Assembly: GCA_038327205.1 (NCBI GenBank)
Contig: JBBQKT010000001.1
Location: 1 to 55,540, forward strand
Source of the DNA: Burkholderiales bacterium
GTDB lineage: Bacteria > Pseudomonadota > Gammaproteobacteria > Burkholderiales > Burkholderiaceae_C
Reading direction: 5' to 3'
DNA length: 55,540 nucleotides
In this document: positions 30,272 through 39,458 of the stretch, piece after piece
Layout of the letters: every line of letters starts with the position of its first letter
Position numbering within the stretch: position 1 is the first letter of the stretch
Position numbers and translations under genes: made by a program
Notes under the pieces: generated by a model
Told to the model about the DNA's origin: nothing
The model's database searches: none
Seen by the model: only the letters and a program-made list of their open reading frames with translations

Positions 30272-31099
30272 TCAGGCGCTCGACCGCGTGGCGGCCGATG
30301 CCGATGCCGCTGCCGCTGCCGATGCGTTTGCGTTTGCGGACGCCGTCAACTGTTCCGGCACGAAGACATGCTCAAACGGCCCCAGCCAATGGGCAAGTGC
30401 CGACGCTGGCAACACCGGTGCGGCGCCATCCGCGTCGCGCCGCAACTGGCTTTCATGGGCCCGCACCGCATGGGCTTTGTTCTGTTGGTCGATCGCACCC
30501 AGGGCGACCCGGCGCAGCCGACTCCAGGGCACCCGCGCTTCGTCTGGTGCAGCCCATTGCCACATCCACACCGGGTATTCGAACAGGCTGCACTGCCGCC
30601 GTTGACAGGCCAACGCGGCTGCCTGGCCGGTGGCCTCGTGATCAGGGTGGCCGTCATGCCGCCAGGTCGCAAAAACTACATCAGCGGGCGTCAGCAGGTC
30701 GCTCAGCAGCTCGGCCAAGCGCCCGCCGTGCGCGCCCACTGCACCATCGGGCAGGCCCAGCCGGTGCCCCGCGCTGCGCGCGATCCCAAGACGTTGCCAG
30801 CCCTCAATGCTTTCGGAGCGACGATGCGCGGCCAGGGTCGCAGGGGTCCACCGGCTTGAATGCGGATGGCTCGCCTCACCGTCGGTCACGGCCACGATGA
30901 GCAGTTTGCGTCCCTCCGAAGCCCAGGCACTCAACAAACCGCCTGTGCCCAGCAACTCGTCATCAGGGTGGGGCGCGACCACCACCGCCCGGGCGCCGAC
31001 CGGCACCAAGGCGACCGCTTCGACCGGGGGCAGACAGCGGCGCGCGAGCCAGTCGCTCCAGTTCGGTCCTGCAGGGCTGAGTTGGTGGTCAGGGGCCAT
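30272..31099 (-). CDS. PIG-L/LmbE family deacetylase
   Basis: APHPDDE, VTDGEASH, DGHPDH, EYPVW; start set at ATG 31099. Confidence 0.9.
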   Translation of the reverse strand: MAPDHQLSPAGPNWSDWLARRCLPPVEAVALVPVGARAVVVAPHPDDELLGTGGLLSAWASEGRKLLIVAVTDGEASHPHSSRWTPATLAAHRRSESIEGWQRLGIARSAGHRLGLPDGAVGAHGGRLAELLSDLLTPADVVFATWRHDGHPDHEATGQAAALACQRRQCSLFEYPVWMWQWAAPDEARVPWSRLRRVALGAIDQQNKAHAVRAHESQLRRDADGAAPVLPASALAHWLGPFEHVFVPEQLTASANANASAAAAASASAATRSSA

Positions 31100-31109
31100 G
31101 GCAGAAAGC

Positions 31110-31125
31110 GGCAATTCACGTGCCT
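31110..31125 (-). promoter_or_regulatory. sigma-54 -24/-12 promoter of the PIG-L gene
   Basis: Minus strand AGGCACG-TGAA-TTGCC. Confidence 0.7.
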
Positions 31126-31241
31126 GAAGCGCAGTTTTTGCCGCAAAGCCTTCTGCAAGAACTGCGGATGCCATCGGTAAAAGGCCGCCTGGCAAGCCGT
31201 TTCCCCAGGGCGGGGCAGGTTGGCGAACCCGCGCTCGAAAG

Positions 31242-31257
31242 CGGCATGAACGTTGCG
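31242..31257 (+). promoter_or_regulatory. sigma-54 -24/-12 site upstream of rpoN
   Basis: CGGCATG-AACG-TTGCG. Confidence 0.6.
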
Positions 31258-31312
31258 ATAAGAGCTACATCCCTTGCTGTTGCAAGCACTCTTGACGCGA
31301 GAGACACCGCCC

Positions 31313-32794
31313 ATGAACAGCCAGTCGCTGAGATTCGACACCCGCCTGAACCAGGCCATGGCACCGCGCCTGCAGTACGCGGTTCGGCTGCTGCAGCTCT
31401 CGGCGCTCGACTATGAGCAGGAACTGCAGGAACTGGCCGCCAAGAATCCGTTTCTCGAGCTCGATGATCCCTTGCCGCAGGCGGGCGCAACGGTCAATGT
31501 CGACGCCGAGTCGCTCAGCCAAGCGTCCACCACCGACGATGACCGGCTTTCCGCCCACGAGGACGCGCCCTTCGAGGCCCTCGGCAACGAGGCCGAAATG
31601 GAGGGGGCTGACGGCTTCGATACCAACTGGTCATTGGAGCCCGGCAGCAGCCGCGATGGCGCGAAAGAATCGCAGGTCAGTGCGCTGGACATGGTGGCCT
31701 CGGACACCGATTTGCGCCAGCACCTGCGCGGTCAGGCCAATCTACTGCGCCTTTCGGCGCGCGACCATGCGCTGGTTTGCGCCGTGATCGAGTCATTGGA
31801 CGATGACGGCTATCTTCGCGTTGCGGCCGAAGACATCGAAGCGCTGGCTGGGCTTGATTCGCCGGCAGATCCGGCCGAGATGGGCACCGCCGTCAGGCTG
31901 GTTCAGTCCTTCGATCCCGCTGGCGTCGGTGCACGCACGGTGGCCGAATGCTTGTTGCTGCAATTCGAGAACATCGATGCCGGCTTGCGGCCCCTGGGAC
32001 GCGCCATCCTCAAAGACCACATCGACGCACTGGCCCAACGCGATGTGCTGGGCATGGCTAAGCTTCTCGGCCACCCGGCTCAGGATGTGGAAGCTGCTTG
32101 CGCCGCTTTGCGCCGTCTCGATCCCCGGCCAGGCTTGCGCTTCGCGAGCCCGGACTTTCACTACGTCACGCCGGATGTCTTTGTCCGCAAGGTGCGGGGC
32201 AAATGGGTGGCACAAATCAACTCGGCCGTGGTGCCAAAGCTGAGCTTAAACCGCAGTTATGCCGAACTGTTCCAGCGCCACCAGACCGCCGCCCATGACC
32301 AGATGTCCAGCCACCTGCAAGAAGCGCGATGGACATTGCGCAATGTCGAACAGCGTTGCTCGACCATCCTCGCAGTTGCCCAGGCGATTCTTCGGCGCCA
32401 GTACGGCTTCTTCGAGCACGGGCCCCTGGCCATGAAACCGCTGGCGCTGCGCGACATTGCCACCGAAGTCGGTGTTCATGAGTCAACCGTTTGTCGCGTG
32501 ACGAACAACAAGTACATGTCGACGCCTTCCGGCATGTTCGAGTTGAAGCAGTTCTTTTCGCGGCCCATGGCCATGGCCGGCGGCGGAGCTTGCTCGCCCA
32601 CAGCCATACGTGGTGTTCTTAAGGCACTTGTTGACGCAGAAGACGCGAACGCACCGTTGTCCGATGTGGACATCGCCTACCGGCTTGAACGTCAGGGCTT
32701 GAAGGTCGCGCGGCGCACAGTGACGAAGTACCGGCAAATGCTGAGCATTGCACCTGCTGATCGACGCCGGACCTTTGCGGCAAGCACTTCCTGA
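31313..32794 (+). CDS. rpoN: RNA polymerase sigma-54 factor (probable paralog)
   Basis: Region I PRLQYAVRLLQLS, HESTVCR HTH, PLSD, RpoN box ARRTVTKYR; not in the lptB-rpoN-hpf-ptsN context. Confidence 0.95.
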   Translation: MNSQSLRFDTRLNQAMAPRLQYAVRLLQLSALDYEQELQELAAKNPFLELDDPLPQAGATVNVDAESLSQASTTDDDRLSAHEDAPFEALGNEAEMEGADGFDTNWSLEPGSSRDGAKESQVSALDMVASDTDLRQHLRGQANLLRLSARDHALVCAVIESLDDDGYLRVAAEDIEALAGLDSPADPAEMGTAVRLVQSFDPAGVGARTVAECLLLQFENIDAGLRPLGRAILKDHIDALAQRDVLGMAKLLGHPAQDVEAACAALRRLDPRPGLRFASPDFHYVTPDVFVRKVRGKWVAQINSAVVPKLSLNRSYAELFQRHQTAAHDQMSSHLQEARWTLRNVEQRCSTILAVAQAILRRQYGFFEHGPLAMKPLALRDIATEVGVHESTVCRVTNNKYMSTPSGMFELKQFFSRPMAMAGGGACSPTAIRGVLKALVDAEDANAPLSDVDIAYRLERQGLKVARRTVTKYRQMLSIAPADRRRTFAASTS

Positions 32795-32844
32795 GAGCCT
32801 ATTTCTGCGGGTGATTTGCAGCGGCGGTGGTCGGCGCCGCTCAC

Positions 32845-34251
32845 TTAACGGAGGCTGCCGAAAGCGGAGCTTTCCAACTCCGAATCGCGGCCGTTCTCCG
32901 ATGGCACGGTTGAATACTCTTTGAGCCGGTTGTAGAGCGTCTTCAAACTGACACCCAGGGAAGCGGCGGTACGCTCCCGTTGGCGTCCGTAATGCTCCAG
33001 CGTAGCCAGGGTGACGACCCGCTCGATCTCCGCAAGCGACATGCCGATTTCGATGTTGACCGAGGGAACTGCGCCACTCGTCCTTGGTATGGCTGATTCC
33101 GAATGAGGCAGGCATTCATCGACGATCGTGTTGTCGAGCGCCATCACATAGGCGCGCTGCACGATGTTACGCAACTCCCGCACATTGCCTGGCCAACGGT
33201 AATTGGCAAGGCGCGACAGGGCTTCTGGCGCGAAACGTTTTGCTTCTCCCTCCCGGCGCGCAATCTCGTCGAGAAAGTGCTCGGCAATCAGGGTCACATC
33301 CTCGGCGTGGTCCCGCAAGGCAGGCATCTCGATCGGAAAAACGTTCAGACGGTAAAGCAGGTCTTCTCGAAGTTTTCCGGTGGCCACCGCCTGCATCGGA
33401 TCCCGGTTCGACGCCGCGACGATGCGTACATCGGTCTGCTGTACCTGCATCGAGCCGACCCGCATATAGGTGCCGGTTTCCAGCACGCGCAGCAGCTTGA
33501 CCTGAAGATCCAGCGGCATCTCGGTGATCTCATCCAGAAACAGCGTGCCGCCATTGGCTCGCTCGAAGAAGCCCAGGTGCTGACGCTCGGCGCCGGTGAA
33601 GCTGCCTTTCTCGTGCCCGAAGATTTCGCTCTCCATCAGATTGGGCGAGATGGCACCGCAGTTGACGCCCAAAAAGGCACGCGAGCGGCGGCGGCTGAGG
33701 TCATGGACCGTGCGGGCGACGAGTTCCTTGCCGGTGCCGCTTTCGCCGGTGATGAAGACCGAAACCGCCGTGCCCGAGACCCGGAGAATTTGCTGGTAGA
33801 CCCGCCGCATCGCGGCAGATCGGCCCCACAGCAGCCCAAAGTTGCCCCGCTTCTCCAGCATTTCCAGCATCTGACTGCTGTCGGCATTCAAAGTCGACGG
33901 CCGCTTCAGGCGTGACAACACCGACGACAGCTGCGTGGAACTCAAGGGCTTTGTCAGATAGTCGGCGGCGCCCAGGCGCAGCGCCTGCACCGAGGTCTGC
34001 ACGCTCGCACTGCCGGTGATGAGCACCACCTCCGCACTCGAGTCGGTCTTGATTTCTTCAATCAGCTCAATGCCACTGCCGTCAGGCAGTTGGACATCGA
34101 GCAGCACCACATCAGGCTTGCGAAGGGCAATTTGTCGACGCGCATCGGCAAGCGACCCCGCGACGGCAACCGAAAACCCTTCGGCAGAAATCAATGCGGC
34201 CATCATCTCCGCTGCATCTGCGTTGTCGTCGACGACCAGTCCATGCCGCAT
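32845..34251 (-). CDS. sigma-54-dependent response regulator (REC-AAA+-Fis HTH)
   Basis: GESGTGKE, ESEIFGHEKGSFTGA, LFLDEI, WPGNVREL, LGVSLKTLYNRL. Confidence 0.95.
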   Translation of the reverse strand: MRHGLVVDDNADAAEMMAALISAEGFSVAVAGSLADARRQIALRKPDVVLLDVQLPDGSGIELIEEIKTDSSAEVVLITGSASVQTSVQALRLGAADYLTKPLSSTQLSSVLSRLKRPSTLNADSSQMLEMLEKRGNFGLLWGRSAAMRRVYQQILRVSGTAVSVFITGESGTGKELVARTVHDLSRRRSRAFLGVNCGAISPNLMESEIFGHEKGSFTGAERQHLGFFERANGGTLFLDEITEMPLDLQVKLLRVLETGTYMRVGSMQVQQTDVRIVAASNRDPMQAVATGKLREDLLYRLNVFPIEMPALRDHAEDVTLIAEHFLDEIARREGEAKRFAPEALSRLANYRWPGNVRELRNIVQRAYVMALDNTIVDECLPHSESAIPRTSGAVPSVNIEIGMSLAEIERVVTLATLEHYGRQRERTAASLGVSLKTLYNRLKEYSTVPSENGRDSELESSAFGSLR

Positions 34252-34441
34252 ATTGGGTGAGCTCCTGTTTCTGACTAAAGATGGATTGAATCCATCGAAT
34301 TTGCGGCCTTCATCGACTCGACACCCGTGAGTTGGATGTCAATCAAGTCCTGCCGCAAAGTTTCTCCGACGGCGCGGGATCGGGCAAGCTGGGCACGCCT
34401 GAAGTCGGTGTAAGCCTCGTCCTACGCCGACTGCCTCAGCC

Positions 34442-34457
34442 CGGCATGCCGTTTGCC
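34442..34457 (+). promoter_or_regulatory. sigma-54 -24/-12 promoter of the GH1-GT4 gene
   Basis: CGGCATG-CCGT-TTGCC. Confidence 0.7.
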
Positions 34458-34469
34458 ACCCCGGTCTTC

Positions 34470-37007
34470 ATGAGACAGGATGAACATAAGTGCGGCACCG
34501 CAGAGACTGCCTTAGCGCCCCCCGACAACAGCGTTCGGCATCGGCCCGGCGATGTAAGCGATTCGTCGCCTGACGAAGGGAGCCCATTCGACTCCTTCTG
34601 GATGGGTGGATTCGAAGGCGCCGACCATGTCAACGGGCTTGGCGCGGAACTCGACATGGCCCGCGCCAACGGGCATCTCGATCAACTCGAGGCCGACCAC
34701 GCCCGGGCAGCCGCTCTGGGGATTGGCTGCATTCGCGAAAGCATTGGTTGGCGGCTGTGCGAACCAAGCCCCCATGTCTTCGATACCGAGCGCGTGTTGC
34801 GCATTGCCCAAAGTGCGCGGCGCCACGGTCTGCAAGTCATCTGGACGTTTATGCATTACGGCACGCCGCCCGATGTCACCTTGCTCGACGACTCATTTTG
34901 CGATCGCTTTGTGCAGTTTGCCGTGGCAATGGCGCGCACCGTCGGCCCGGTCGGCGCACGGCCGCCGGTTTACAACTTGATCAACGAGATCAGTTTCCTT
35001 GCCTGGGCGGTTTCAGAAACCAACCTGATGCATCCCTACCGGAGCGATCCGCATGAGCCGCAGCGCCGTGTCGTCTCAGGCTTTGACGTCAAGCGCCGGC
35101 TGGTGCGCGCTACCTTGGTCGCCACAGCAGCGATCCGGGCAATTGATGCATCAGCGCGGTTTTTGCAGGTTGAGCCGGTGATCCATGTCACCGCGCCCGC
35201 TAACCGCCCCGATTTGGCGGCGCTGGCCGCCGACGTCGACGGTTACCAGTGGCAAGTCTGGGACATGCTCGCGGCCGGCCGCGAGACCGCGCTCGGGCAA
35301 CTGGTCGGGGGACTCGACCTGGTGGGCCTCAACCACTATCACTGCGGGCAGTGGGAGGTGGGAACCCAAGCCCGACTCGATTGGTATCAACGAGACCCTC
35401 GCCGGCGCCCGCTTTCCTCCCTGCTGGTCGAGGCCTGGAGCCGCTACCAGAGACCGCTGATCGTGGCGGAAACCAGCCACGTCGGTGAAGGGCGTGCGCA
35501 GTGGCTGCATGAAATTGCCTCCGAAGTCACTGATGCACGGCAGTTGCAAGTGCCTGTGCACGGAATTTGTCTCTACCCGCTGGTGGACCGGCCTGACTGG
35601 AACGCAGCCACCCATTGGCACCGCAGCGGACTTTGGGATGTGGACGAGCGCATCCCAGATGGGCCTGCAGGGCCGAACGCCGCAGCGGATGACCTTCCGC
35701 TGCGACGCGTCCTCAGTGTTGAGTACGCCAGGGCGCTGCGCCTGTGGCAACAGATTTTGCCGACCTCTTCAATACAAAAAGGAACTCCTATGAAATGCCT
35801 GATCGTCTTCTCCCATTTGCGTTGGAGTTTTGTGTTCCAGCGCCCCCAACACTTGTTGTCGCGTTTGAGCAGGCACTACCGCATCATCTTCATTGAAGAA
35901 CCGGTTCACACCGAGGCCGAGGCTCGCCTCGACCGCATCGTCCAGGGCCCGAACATCGAAGTCCTGGTGCCCTACACGCCGGTCGGTGCCGCCGGCTTCC
36001 ATGACGATCAGCTGGCCACGCTGGAACCTCTGCTCAGCGATTACTTTGACAAGCACTGGATCGAAGACCCAATCGTGTGGTTCTACACACCGATGGCGCT
36101 GCCCCTGCTGACGATCGTCAAACCAGCGGCCGTCATCTACGACTGCATGGACGAACTCTCGGCTTTCAAGAATGCGCCGAGGCAGCTCCGGCAACGCGAG
36201 ACTGCGTTACTTAAGCGTGCCGATCTTGTGCTCACGGGTGGCCCCTCTCTTTTTGAGGCCAAGCGCCGTCTGCATCACAACGTTCACTGTCTGCCGAGTT
36301 CGGTCGATGCTGTGCATTACTCGCCTGATCGCCTCGATATGGGGAGTGCACCGGCTCATGATGCCCGCCTGCTGCAGGACCACATCGCGTCGCCGCGGCT
36401 CGGCTACTTCGGTGTGATCGACGAGCGCTTCGACGTTGATCTGCTCAAGCTGCTGGCGCAGGTCCATCCGGACTGGCAGTTCGTCATGGTGGGCCCGGTC
36501 GTCAAGATCGATCTGGTCGATCTGCCGAACGCCGCCAATATCCATTGGTTGGGCATGCAGGCCTACGAGCGGCTTCCCTATCTGATGGCCGGGTGGGATG
36601 TCTGCCTGATGCCGTTTGCCATGAATGAGTCGACCCGCTTTATCAGCCCGACCAAGACGCTGGAATACATGGCCGGTGAAAAACCGGTGGTCAGTACGCC
36701 GGTGGGCGACGTGGTGGCCCTCTACGGTGAAGCGGTCCGTATCGCCGCTGCTGGCCCGGACTTTGTCCTGGCCTGCGAGGAGGCGATGGCAGAGAGTTCC
36801 GGTGAGCGGCAACAGCGCGTTGCTCTGATGCAGACGAGCGTTAATCAATCGTCGTGGGATCGAAGCGCCGCGCGCGTGCACGATTTGATTGAAGGCGTGC
36901 TTGAGGATTCACATGCTCAAGCTGCTCCGTCGACCTTCGCGAAGTCTTCAGATTCGGCACCTGTGGCTGCGATGGCGCGCCCAGCCCGCGCAGCTTCCGC
37001 AGGCTGA
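34470..37007 (+). CDS. GH1-like glycoside hydrolase fused in frame to a GT4-type glycosyltransferase
   Basis: FWMGGFEG, INEIS, IVAET clan-A glutamates; then FSHLRWSFVFQRPQH, YDCMDELS, SPTKTLEYMA; internal RBS plus ATG at 35790. Confidence 0.85.
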   Translation: MRQDEHKCGTAETALAPPDNSVRHRPGDVSDSSPDEGSPFDSFWMGGFEGADHVNGLGAELDMARANGHLDQLEADHARAAALGIGCIRESIGWRLCEPSPHVFDTERVLRIAQSARRHGLQVIWTFMHYGTPPDVTLLDDSFCDRFVQFAVAMARTVGPVGARPPVYNLINEISFLAWAVSETNLMHPYRSDPHEPQRRVVSGFDVKRRLVRATLVATAAIRAIDASARFLQVEPVIHVTAPANRPDLAALAADVDGYQWQVWDMLAAGRETALGQLVGGLDLVGLNHYHCGQWEVGTQARLDWYQRDPRRRPLSSLLVEAWSRYQRPLIVAETSHVGEGRAQWLHEIASEVTDARQLQVPVHGICLYPLVDRPDWNAATHWHRSGLWDVDERIPDGPAGPNAAADDLPLRRVLSVEYARALRLWQQILPTSSIQKGTPMKCLIVFSHLRWSFVFQRPQHLLSRLSRHYRIIFIEEPVHTEAEARLDRIVQGPNIEVLVPYTPVGAAGFHDDQLATLEPLLSDYFDKHWIEDPIVWFYTPMALPLLTIVKPAAVIYDCMDELSAFKNAPRQLRQRETALLKRADLVLTGGPSLFEAKRRLHHNVHCLPSSVDAVHYSPDRLDMGSAPAHDARLLQDHIASPRLGYFGVIDERFDVDLLKLLAQVHPDWQFVMVGPVVKIDLVDLPNAANIHWLGMQAYERLPYLMAGWDVCLMPFAMNESTRFISPTKTLEYMAGEKPVVSTPVGDVVALYGEAVRIAAAGPDFVLACEEAMAESSGERQQRVALMQTSVNQSSWDRSAARVHDLIEGVLEDSHAQAAPSTFAKSSDSAPVAAMARPARAASAG

Positions 37008-37016
37008 TCAGTCAAT

Positions 37017-38183
37017 CTAAGTCTTGGAGAAAGCGGGCTGCGCCGTGACCAAGTGGCGCAGCTCGCGAAGCGCTTCGTCCATCGGTACTGTGGCTTTGAA
37101 TGAGCTTGAAACGAGCCCAGCGCGTCCCCAGTAGCGTTCGATGTCGTCCCACAGCTGGCCAAACGAGCTGCAGCTAGACACCCTCGTCGACAACCATCTG
37201 CAGTCGATGCCTAGCAAGCGGGCCAGTTCGGTACCAGCGTTGTCTCCGCCCTCCAGCGCAGGCGAGCCAGGCGCTGAAGTTTCACGCCACAGCGCTCGAG
37301 TGCGACGCCGCATCGCCCAGTGTTGCAGCTCAATCTTGGGGTTCACGACGGGCGGGTAGGCATCAGCCGATGCATGGCTCGACCAGGCTCGAAGCTGCCA
37401 AGACAGCCCCACTTCGACCCGCCCATCAAGCCGTGCCGAGGTATGTACATGAACGCGTGGGCAGTGACGGACGGACTTGTCTTGCAGGCGCAGTGCGCGC
37501 ACCAGCGCCTCGTCCTCCAGGTAGTGCACCAGAGGCAGGCCCCCGACCGCACGGTAAGCAGCGGCGTTGACAGCCAAGCTCGCACCGAAGTGCTGGTGAT
37601 GACGGGGCCATGGGTCGAAGGGATCCGGGTCCACCAGACTTTCCAGGCGCGCCCGCCAGCTGCGATAGCTGTCGTCCAGTCTCATCAATTGCTGCGCCAT
37701 CGGTGGCAGGGCATCGTCCACTTCAGCCACAATCCTGCCGCCCACGGCGTCGGCGCCTGCATCGATGGCCATAAGGTTTGCAAACAGCCAGTCACCAGCC
37801 ACACAGGTGTCGGCATCGGTGCTGCAGATGACGCCCTGCACAGGACAGGACTGCAGCAGCCGGGCGGAGGCGATTTCCATCAGCGCACGCCGGGCCCGGC
37901 CGACGTTCGCGAGGGCTGGCGGCCAGCGGACTTCAACGACATGAATGGCGCAAGCCTTGCAGCGCTGTGCAAATTCGCGTGCTCGCGCGGCGGTGTCGTC
38001 CGAGCAGTTGTTTGCCAGCACGATCACTTCGTAGGCTGCGGTGACCCCGCGCTGCGCGGCGATCGCCTGCAATGCGCGCGGAAGCAGGGCTGCTTCATCG
38101 CGCGCCGGGATCACGATCACGCAGCGAAGGCCCGCCTGCACCGGATGAAGAACCGACCAGTCGACATCGCCGTCCTGCCTCAT
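37017..38183 (-). CDS. family 2 glycosyltransferase
   Basis: VIPARDE, STDADT, HFGASL, LEDEAL, TSARLDGR. Confidence 0.9.
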   Translation of the reverse strand: MRQDGDVDWSVLHPVQAGLRCVIVIPARDEAALLPRALQAIAAQRGVTAAYEVIVLANNCSDDTAARAREFAQRCKACAIHVVEVRWPPALANVGRARRALMEIASARLLQSCPVQGVICSTDADTCVAGDWLFANLMAIDAGADAVGGRIVAEVDDALPPMAQQLMRLDDSYRSWRARLESLVDPDPFDPWPRHHQHFGASLAVNAAAYRAVGGLPLVHYLEDEALVRALRLQDKSVRHCPRVHVHTSARLDGRVEVGLSWQLRAWSSHASADAYPPVVNPKIELQHWAMRRRTRALWRETSAPGSPALEGGDNAGTELARLLGIDCRWLSTRVSSCSSFGQLWDDIERYWGRAGLVSSSFKATVPMDEALRELRHLVTAQPAFSKT

Positions 38184-38202
38184 CAGAGAACGCGCTCGGC
38201 GG

Positions 38203-39402
38203 TCACGATGCCGAAGGGGAGGTCAGCTCGGTGGCGCTCGCTGTATTTGCTTTGTGTGCACTCAATCGCTTGAACGCGGTCAACGCCTGACCCACCACCT
38301 GGTCCATGTTGTAGTAACGGTAGGTCGCCAGACGGCCGACAAACGTGACATTGGGCTGAGCCTGCGCATCGGCCTCGTAGCGCTCATAAAGGGCCGCATT
38401 CTGCGGTGTGGGCACCGGGTAGTACGGGTCGCCCTCGTTGCAGGGATATTCGTAGACGATGGACGTGCCGGCGTGCGTCTGCCCGGTCAGATGCTTGAAC
38501 TCGGTGACCCTGGTGTAGGCATGATCATTCGGGTGGTTGATCGTCCCCACGCTTTGGAATTGAACATGGGGGACATGGCGGTGCTCGAATCGGATGCTGC
38601 GGTAGGGCAACTTGCCGTACCGGAAGTTGAAGAACGCATCGACGGGGCCCGTGTAGATCATGTGCTTCCAAGGCAGCAGATCCACTACCTCCCGGTAGTC
38701 TGTGCTCAGCATCAGCTTGATGTTCGGATGTGCCAGCATTTTTTCGAACATCCGCGTGTAGCCGTGCAGCGGCATCGCCTGGTAGGTGTCGGTGAAATAC
38801 CGGTCATCGCGGTTGGTTCGCGTGGGCACTCGGGCCGTGACGCTCGAATGGAGCTCGGATGGATCCATGCCCCACTGCTTTCGCGTGTAGCCGCGAAAGA
38901 ACTTGTTGTAGAGGTCGCGCCCCACTTTCGACACCACCACGTCTTCGGACGTCGCCACCCGGTCAGGATGCTCCGCCACCGATTCCAGCCAGCTCTCCAT
39001 CTCAAACGAGGTCAGGCTCAGCCCATAAAGACGGTTGACCGTATCCAGATTGATGGGCATGGGCAGGTTCTGACCATCAACACTTGCGAGCACGCGGTGT
39101 TGGTAGGGGCGCCACTCGGTGAACTTCGACAAGTACTCGAATATATCCGCGGAATTGGTATGGAAAATATGCGGGCCATAGGGGTGCACGAGCACGCCGT
39201 TATCGTCATAACGGTCGTAAGCATTGCCGCCGATATGGGGTCGTTTGTCGACAAGGAGCACCCGTGCACCGTCGACACGGGCGAGACGTTCTGCCAGCAC
39301 GCAACCGGCGAAGCCGGCGCCTACGACGAGGTAGTCAAAGCCTTGCTGACCCGGTATCGCCGACGCTGCTGCGAATTTAAGACTGTCACTGAGTTTGTCC
39401 AT
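38203..39402 (-). CDS. glf: UDP-galactopyranose mutase
   Basis: VVGAGFAG, HIGGNAYD, YGPHIFHT, GDPYYP, GRLATYRYYNMDQVV. Confidence 0.95.
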   Translation of the reverse strand: MDKLSDSLKFAAASAIPGQQGFDYLVVGAGFAGCVLAERLARVDGARVLLVDKRPHIGGNAYDRYDDNGVLVHPYGPHIFHTNSADIFEYLSKFTEWRPYQHRVLASVDGQNLPMPINLDTVNRLYGLSLTSFEMESWLESVAEHPDRVATSEDVVVSKVGRDLYNKFFRGYTRKQWGMDPSELHSSVTARVPTRTNRDDRYFTDTYQAMPLHGYTRMFEKMLAHPNIKLMLSTDYREVVDLLPWKHMIYTGPVDAFFNFRYGKLPYRSIRFEHRHVPHVQFQSVGTINHPNDHAYTRVTEFKHLTGQTHAGTSIVYEYPCNEGDPYYPVPTPQNAALYERYEADAQAQPNVTFVGRLATYRYYNMDQVVGQALTAFKRLSAHKANTASATELTSPSAS

Positions 39403-39442
39403 GCTGTTTGTGCCGCGAAGTGGTTTGAGCTTCAACTCTTTG

Positions 39443-39458
39443 GGCAATCGGCGTGCGC
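39443..39458 (-). promoter_or_regulatory. degenerate sigma-54-like site upstream of glf
   Basis: Minus strand GCGCACG-CCGA-TTGCC; the invariant -24 GG is CG. Confidence 0.35.
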
